In this document: piece by piece, positions 6,299 through 10,618 of the stretch
How positions within the stretch are numbered: position 1 is the stretch's first letter
Layout: each line of letters starts with the position of its first letter
NCBI GenBank assembly: GCA_964426185.1
Contig: CAYRPF010000027.1
Coordinates: 3,532 to 14,149, forward strand
Direction of reading: 5' to 3'
Source: an uncultured archaeon
Lineage (GTDB): Archaea > Asgardarchaeota > Lokiarchaeia > Sigyniarchaeales > Promethearchaeaceae
DNA length: 10,618 nt
Made by a program: the position numbers and the translations under genes
The notes under the pieces: model-generated
Database searches by the model: none
Told to the model about the DNA's origin: nothing
The model's input: the letters and a program-made list of their open reading frames with translations, nothing else

Positions 6299-7732
6299 TT
6301 ACTGTTGGGTGATTTGATCAAGCTTACCTTGAAGATATGCGTGTATACCTCTAGCCGCTGCTTTTCCTGCTCCCATGGCGGATATAACAGTCGCGCTTCC
6401 AGTTACAATATCGCCGCCAGCGAAAACATTAGGGATGGAGGTCTGCATGTGCTTATTGACTTCTATATAACCCCTTTTATTCAGTTTCAGATTAGGTAGG
6501 TTGGTGGTTAACAGTGGATTAGCTCGAGTTCCAATTGCCATGATAACTAAATCAACTGATATGGTATATTCGCTACCTGGGATGGGAATTGGTCTGCGTC
6601 TGCCCGAAGCATCCGGTTCACCCAGTTCCATTTTAATCACTTCCATTTCTTTCACGAAACCTTTCTCATCGCCGATTATTTTGGTGGGGTTGCGTAAAAA
6701 GTGAAATTCGATTCCTTCTTCCACAGCATGTTCGTATTCTTCACGACGGGCGGGAATTTCCTTCTCACTACGGCGGTAAACCACCATTACTTTTTCCGCT
6801 CCTAAGCGAAGAGCTGTGCGCGCGCTGTCCATGGCCACGTTCCCACCTCCAAGAACTGCAATAGTCCTACCTTGATCAACCATGGTGTCGTAAGATGGAT
6901 CATAGGCTTTCATTAAATTAACCCGGGTTAAATATTCGTTGGCAGACAAAACACCGTTAAATTCGATTCCGGGGATATTTAAAAAGATGGGAAGTCCTGC
7001 ACCAACACCGATAAAAAAGGCTTTATATCCCATTTCTTCTAAATCTTGAAGAGAATATAATTTCCCTATCACTGCATCGACCTCAATTTTTACCCCGCAT
7101 TCGCGCAGGTTGTCAATTTCTTTGCGAACAATTGATTTAGGCAATCGGAATTCGGGTATTCCATAGACTAAAACACCACCCGTCTTATGAAAGGCTTCAA
7201 AAATAGTGACATCATAATTATTTTTAGCCAATTCTCCCGCACAAGTAAGCCCAGCAGGCCCTGCGCCAATTACGGCGACTTTCGGATTACCACTCAGATT
7301 CATGCATGCACCTTCATCGAATTCTCCAATGTTTTTGGTTTTCTGCTCCCAATCTGCCACAAATCTTTCTAATCTCCCAATGGCAACTGGTTCTGAGCCA
7401 GTAATCTTTCCTAATGTGCATACTGCTTCACATTGACTTTCTTGGGGACATACTCTCCCGCAAATAGCAGGGAGAACATTTTTCTCTTTGATTTTATTAA
7501 TGGCGCCTTCGAAATCGTGATTGGCTAATTTTGCGATAAATTCGGGTATGGGAACTTCCACCGGACAGCCTTTCACACAAGGTCGAGTTTTGCACTGGAT
7601 ACAACGTTGCGCTTCTTTCAGAGCAAATTCTTCTGGATATCCTAAGGCAACCTCATTAAAATTATGAGCCCGCTCGTGAGGATCTTGCTGCGGCATCGGT
7701 GTTCTGGTTTTAATAATTTGATATTTTCGCAT
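6299..7732 (-). CDS. nfnB: NfnB/SudA-type large subunit of electron-bifurcating transhydrogenase (GltD-like; often auto-annotated as NADPH-dependent glutamate synthase)
   Basis: RCIQC..PCVKGCPV and CGRVCPQESQCE Fe-S motifs, GAGPAG FAD site, YGIPEFRLPK, GGGNVAMD NADP(H) site, FAGGD...G.ATV..AM. 477 aa, directly downstream of nfnA. Confidence 0.93.
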   Translation of the reverse strand: MRKYQIIKTRTPMPQQDPHERAHNFNEVALGYPEEFALKEAQRCIQCKTRPCVKGCPVEVPIPEFIAKLANHDFEGAINKIKEKNVLPAICGRVCPQESQCEAVCTLGKITGSEPVAIGRLERFVADWEQKTKNIGEFDEGACMNLSGNPKVAVIGAGPAGLTCAGELAKNNYDVTIFEAFHKTGGVLVYGIPEFRLPKSIVRKEIDNLRECGVKIEVDAVIGKLYSLQDLEEMGYKAFFIGVGAGLPIFLNIPGIEFNGVLSANEYLTRVNLMKAYDPSYDTMVDQGRTIAVLGGGNVAMDSARTALRLGAEKVMVVYRRSEKEIPARREEYEHAVEEGIEFHFLRNPTKIIGDEKGFVKEMEVIKMELGEPDASGRRRPIPIPGSEYTISVDLVIMAIGTRANPLLTTNLPNLKLNKRGYIEVNKHMQTSIPNVFAGGDIVTGSATVISAMGAGKAAARGIHAYLQGKLDQITQQ

Positions 7733-7763
7733 TTTTCATCCCTTTATTTCAATATTTTAATAA

Positions 7764-8660
7764 TTATTCCTCGCATTTACCTTCGGCATTATCTGCCATG
7801 CTCATCAATTTGCATTCATGTTCGAATTTTTCCAGTCTTTCATGCTCAATTCTCTGAAATCTGCTGTTCCGAGCCATTAAGTTGTCAAAATCCACGTTGT
7901 GGCCGTCAACGTCCGGCCCCTCGACGCAAGCAAATTTAGTCTTTTTGTCTAAGGTGAGAAACCTACACCCGCCGCACATTCCAGTTCCGTCAACCATTAT
8001 CGGATTTAATGAAACCGTCGTAGGTATTTTGGGTAATCCATTTTCTCCGTTGGTCAATTTGGCCACGAATTTCATCATAATAATTGGACCTATGGCAATC
8101 ACGTGGGATAGCGGTCTACTTTCCATCAGTTCCTTCAACCTATCTGTGACAAACCCTTTCTTTCCATAGGAGCCGTCATCAGTGGTTACAATCACTTCAT
8201 CCACTACCTGGCGGAACTTATCTTCCCAGAACAGTAGGTCCTTAGTGCGGGCACCCAAAATCGCGATAACATGGTTACCTGCTGCTTTTAATTCCTTGGC
8301 TTGAGGAAATATAGGGGCAATACCCACACCACCGCCCACCAGAACCACCGGATTTTCATATTTCTCAATATGGGCGTTTTTGCCCAGAGGTCCTATGAAA
8401 TCTAGTATTTCATCTCCAGCTTCCATCAAGGAAAGTTCGCTTGTGCTTTTCCCCACTTTCATTACCACAATTGTGATGGTGCCTTTCTCACGATCGTAAT
8501 CCGCTACAGTTAAAGGGAAGCGTTCACCATGTTCTGAGAGCCTTAATATCACGAAATTACCACCGTGGGCTTTTTTTGCCATGGCTGGGGCTTCAATTAC
8601 CATCTCAAACACCGATTGCTCAGAATTTAAAAATTTCTTATCTAGGATTTTCCAACCCAT
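7764..8660 (-). CDS. nfnA: NfnA/SudB small subunit (FNR/PyrK-like, FAD plus [2Fe-2S])
   Basis: GERFPLTVAD, GPLG, VGGGVGIAP, TTDDGSYG, and MVDGTGMCGGCR...FACVEGP (Asp plus 3 Cys cluster motif). I moved the start from 8711 to ATG 8660 (MGWKILDKK), which has an SD-like AGGTTGA upstream. Confidence 0.93.
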   Translation of the reverse strand: MGWKILDKKFLNSEQSVFEMVIEAPAMAKKAHGGNFVILRLSEHGERFPLTVADYDREKGTITIVVMKVGKSTSELSLMEAGDEILDFIGPLGKNAHIEKYENPVVLVGGGVGIAPIFPQAKELKAAGNHVIAILGARTKDLLFWEDKFRQVVDEVIVTTDDGSYGKKGFVTDRLKELMESRPLSHVIAIGPIIMMKFVAKLTNGENGLPKIPTTVSLNPIMVDGTGMCGGCRFLTLDKKTKFACVEGPDVDGHNVDFDNLMARNSRFQRIEHERLEKFEHECKLMSMADNAEGKCEE

Positions 8661-8813
8661 AATTATCAACCTATGGAAGAATGAACAACGATTTCCATTT
8701 AAATTTTTCAACCTAATATTCCGAAGCGATGATAATGGGAAAAATGTCCCAAAAGCATAAAAAACAACAAAAAATATCCAGAAAAAGGAAAAAAAACGAT
8801 CAAAATAAGAAAA

Positions 8814-10175
8814 TTATGGGAATACCACTGGTTCGATTTCGGATTCTTCATTTTTTCCAAAGGCTGGCTCCATTGAATCTCCAAGCATAACATTTTCTGC
8901 CACTTGTTCATCATTACCGTATTTTTCCCCATAGTGCATCATGTTGGTAAATTTTAGCAAGATGAAATATACCACCAAAGATAACCCTGGGGCTATGAAA
9001 AATATCAACAATACCGGAATGGATTCACCAATAATGCCCCAAATTATTAATCCAATGGGATTTAGTGCTTTAATAATGGTAAACATCGTTGCAAACACCC
9101 GCCCTTGTAATTCCTTTGGAATAGTTGTTTGAAGCATGGATATTAACTGAGTATCAATATAAGCTAAATTAACACCCATGATGAAGCAAATTATGTAAAA
9201 GAGCAAAAACCATCCTCGTGGAACTAAAGCCAAAACTAGCAGTATCACTGACAGAATAATTCCTGAAATGATAACGGATTTCATGGAACCTTTCTTTTTC
9301 GAGAGCATTAATAAAAGAGCTCCTATGATCAAGCCCACTTGAAATAGAATCTCCACCCAACTATATTCGGGAGCCCCACCGCCGTGATATTCTAAGATTA
9401 ATAGAGGAAAGAGCGAAAAAATCGGAACAACTATGAAATTTGCAATTCCAAACATCGTAAAGATCGAAGAAAGCCCTGATTCTTTAATGTAATGCAACCC
9501 TTCTTGAAAATCTTGTTTAAATCCACTCTTAGAATCGTTTTGAGTGCCATTATCCTGAGATTCTTCCTTTTGAGCGAATTTATGAACCGATGGAATTCGA
9601 ATGAGCATTAAGACAATGGCAGCAGGGATAAAAGTAAAAACATCTAGCCAATATATCTGTTCAATGGAGAAATGAGAAATTGCTACCACTCCAATGGCGG
9701 GAGAGGCGATATTTAGCAGAGACATCAAAATTTGGTTAAAGGAATTAATGTTTTTAATCTTTTCTTCAGGAACCATGAGCGAGGTAACTGCTACAGAGAC
9801 GGGATTTTGGAAACCTTGACACGAGCCCCTAATTGCCAAGAGTGCAATGATATGCCACAATTGGGCTAAGTTGAAATGAAAGAGAATTATTAATGCGAAG
9901 GTTGCAGCGGCTTGGGTAAAATCTGTAACAATTAAAATCAGATTCTTATTGGCCCTATCAGAAATAACCCCTGCCAACGGACTAACAAGAATCATAGGGA
10001 CAATGGATGCAATTGAGGCGAGAGAAAGGATCAAAGAAGATTCAGTCTGCACTGTAAGGTACCAGATAACTGCGAAGGAAACAATATTAGAGCCGAACAA
10101 TGAAATGAACTGAGAGATCCAAATAAATAGGTATCCATTAAAGGATTTGTGAGAAATTCGATCATAACTAATCAT
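8814..10175 (-). CDS. Major facilitator superfamily transporter (MefA/DHA3-like efflux type)
   Basis: About 12 hydrophobic segments in two halves split by a polar loop. WISQFISLFGS...AVIWYLT N-terminus, motif A-like AGVISDRANKN, and LQ..IPKELQGRVFA. Confidence 0.9.
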   Translation of the reverse strand: MISYDRISHKSFNGYLFIWISQFISLFGSNIVSFAVIWYLTVQTESSLILSLASIASIVPMILVSPLAGVISDRANKNLILIVTDFTQAAATFALIILFHFNLAQLWHIIALLAIRGSCQGFQNPVSVAVTSLMVPEEKIKNINSFNQILMSLLNIASPAIGVVAISHFSIEQIYWLDVFTFIPAAIVLMLIRIPSVHKFAQKEESQDNGTQNDSKSGFKQDFQEGLHYIKESGLSSIFTMFGIANFIVVPIFSLFPLLILEYHGGGAPEYSWVEILFQVGLIIGALLLMLSKKKGSMKSVIISGIILSVILLVLALVPRGWFLLFYIICFIMGVNLAYIDTQLISMLQTTIPKELQGRVFATMFTIIKALNPIGLIIWGIIGESIPVLLIFFIAPGLSLVVYFILLKFTNMMHYGEKYGNDEQVAENVMLGDSMEPAFGKNEESEIEPVVFP

Positions 10176-10413
10176 GGTTGATTTCCATCCAACTATTAGA
10201 ATATAGTAAGTAAAACAAATATTGTATTATATATAAATAATGTGTATCCCATAATTTATCAAATGCATTTTGATGGTGATTTTTTAATTTTAACCCGTGT
10301 TTGTTTTTTTAATAGTGTGTAAGATTTTGAGTCATAAAAAAATTAACAAAGAAAATAATAGTTAAGTGTCGAAATTATCGGAAGAAGAAAAAGAAATATA
10401 TTTAAATACTTCA

Positions 10414-10563
10414 GTAAGATCATACTAGTAGCGAACAGCGCGCTATGAGGTAAAGTTATTTACCAGCTGATCTGAATTTACCACCTTTGCGGTTAGCAAC
10501 GGTGTATGAACTATTATTCAGGTGAACAGCTCACCTTTAAGGCAGTTTTCTGCCAGCTGATCT
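10414..10563. ncRNA. Candidate structured RNA made of two tandem pseudoknot-forming units (family unassigned, strand unresolved)
   Basis: Unit 1 (10429-10473): TAGCG-AACAGCG-CGCTA-TGA-GGTAAA-GTTA-TTTACC-AGCTGATCT. Unit 2 (10520-10563): AGGTG-AACAGCT-CACCT-TTAA-GGCAG-TTTT-CTGCC-AGCTGATCT. Stems covary, and the loop and tail are conserved and complementary (CAGC/GCTG). Confidence 0.7.
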
Positions 10564-10578
10564 TTTCTTTTTCTTTCC
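10561..10578 (+). terminator. Pyrimidine/oligo-T tract directly after unit 2 of the structured element
   Basis: TCTTTTCTTTTTCTTTCC resembles an archaeal intrinsic terminator if the element is transcribed on the + strand. Confidence 0.4.
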
Positions 10579-10618
10579 ATTCTCTACCGCATTAATATTA
10601 TCGCTACTTTATTTGTTT

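Noticed and set aside
6299-7732. Glutamate synthase small subunit (gltD) function
   Set aside because: There is no gltB large subunit nearby. Pairing with a SudB/NfnA gene indicates NfnAB/SudAB.
8661-8711. N-terminal 17 aa of the 7764..8711 ORF call
   Set aside because: NfnA/SudB similarity begins at MGWKILDKK, and an SD-like sequence precedes ATG 8660.
877-9360. Short alternative-frame or antisense ORFs (877-1086, 1147-1329, 2289-2534, 3348-3812, 4449-4637, 4549-4752, 5779-6063, 6305-6499, 6501-6704, 7187-7372, 7664-7939, 7882-8169, 8708-8932, 8941-9132, 9169-9360)
   Set aside because: They overlap well-supported genes, show no recognisable motifs and look like shadow ORFs.
10429-10563. 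Assignment as a fluoride riboswitch, box C/D guide RNA, SECIS element, tRNA or known self-cleaving ribozyme
   Set aside because: It lacks the crcB GAUG loop and distal pairing segment. CTGA boxes are present but there is no RTGATGA C box at guide spacing. There is no proper SECIS core plus helix and no selenoprotein gene is visible. There is no cloverleaf, and no hammerhead, HDV, twister or pistol core that I can match by eye.

Overview
AT-rich, gene-dense prokaryotic DNA that is most likely from an Asgard archaeon (Lokiarchaeia/Promethearchaeia-like). This is an inference from archaeal TATA/oligo-T signals, a Rab-like GTPase without a prenylation tail, a Urm1-type ubiquitin-fold protein and a coiled-coil/Zn-ribbon protein. 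Gene order: two small uncharacterised membrane proteins (+), NikR with a His/Pro-rich insertion (+), a Urm1-like protein (-), a long coiled-coil protein with a C-terminal CxxC...CxxC ribbon (+, probably CTG-initiated), then a minus-strand run read as MFS efflux transporter > nfnA/sudB > nfnB/sudA > Rab-like GTPase > hdrC > hdrB (no hdrA in the window). The most striking unexplained signal is non-coding, at about 10414-10563. It has two copies, about 90 nt apart, of a hairpin-hairpin-tail unit whose stems differ by fully compensatory changes, while the loop (AACAGC) and tail (AGCTGATCT) are conserved and complementary. It is a candidate tandem pseudoknotted RNA (riboswitch-like leader or sRNA) that I cannot assign to a known family.
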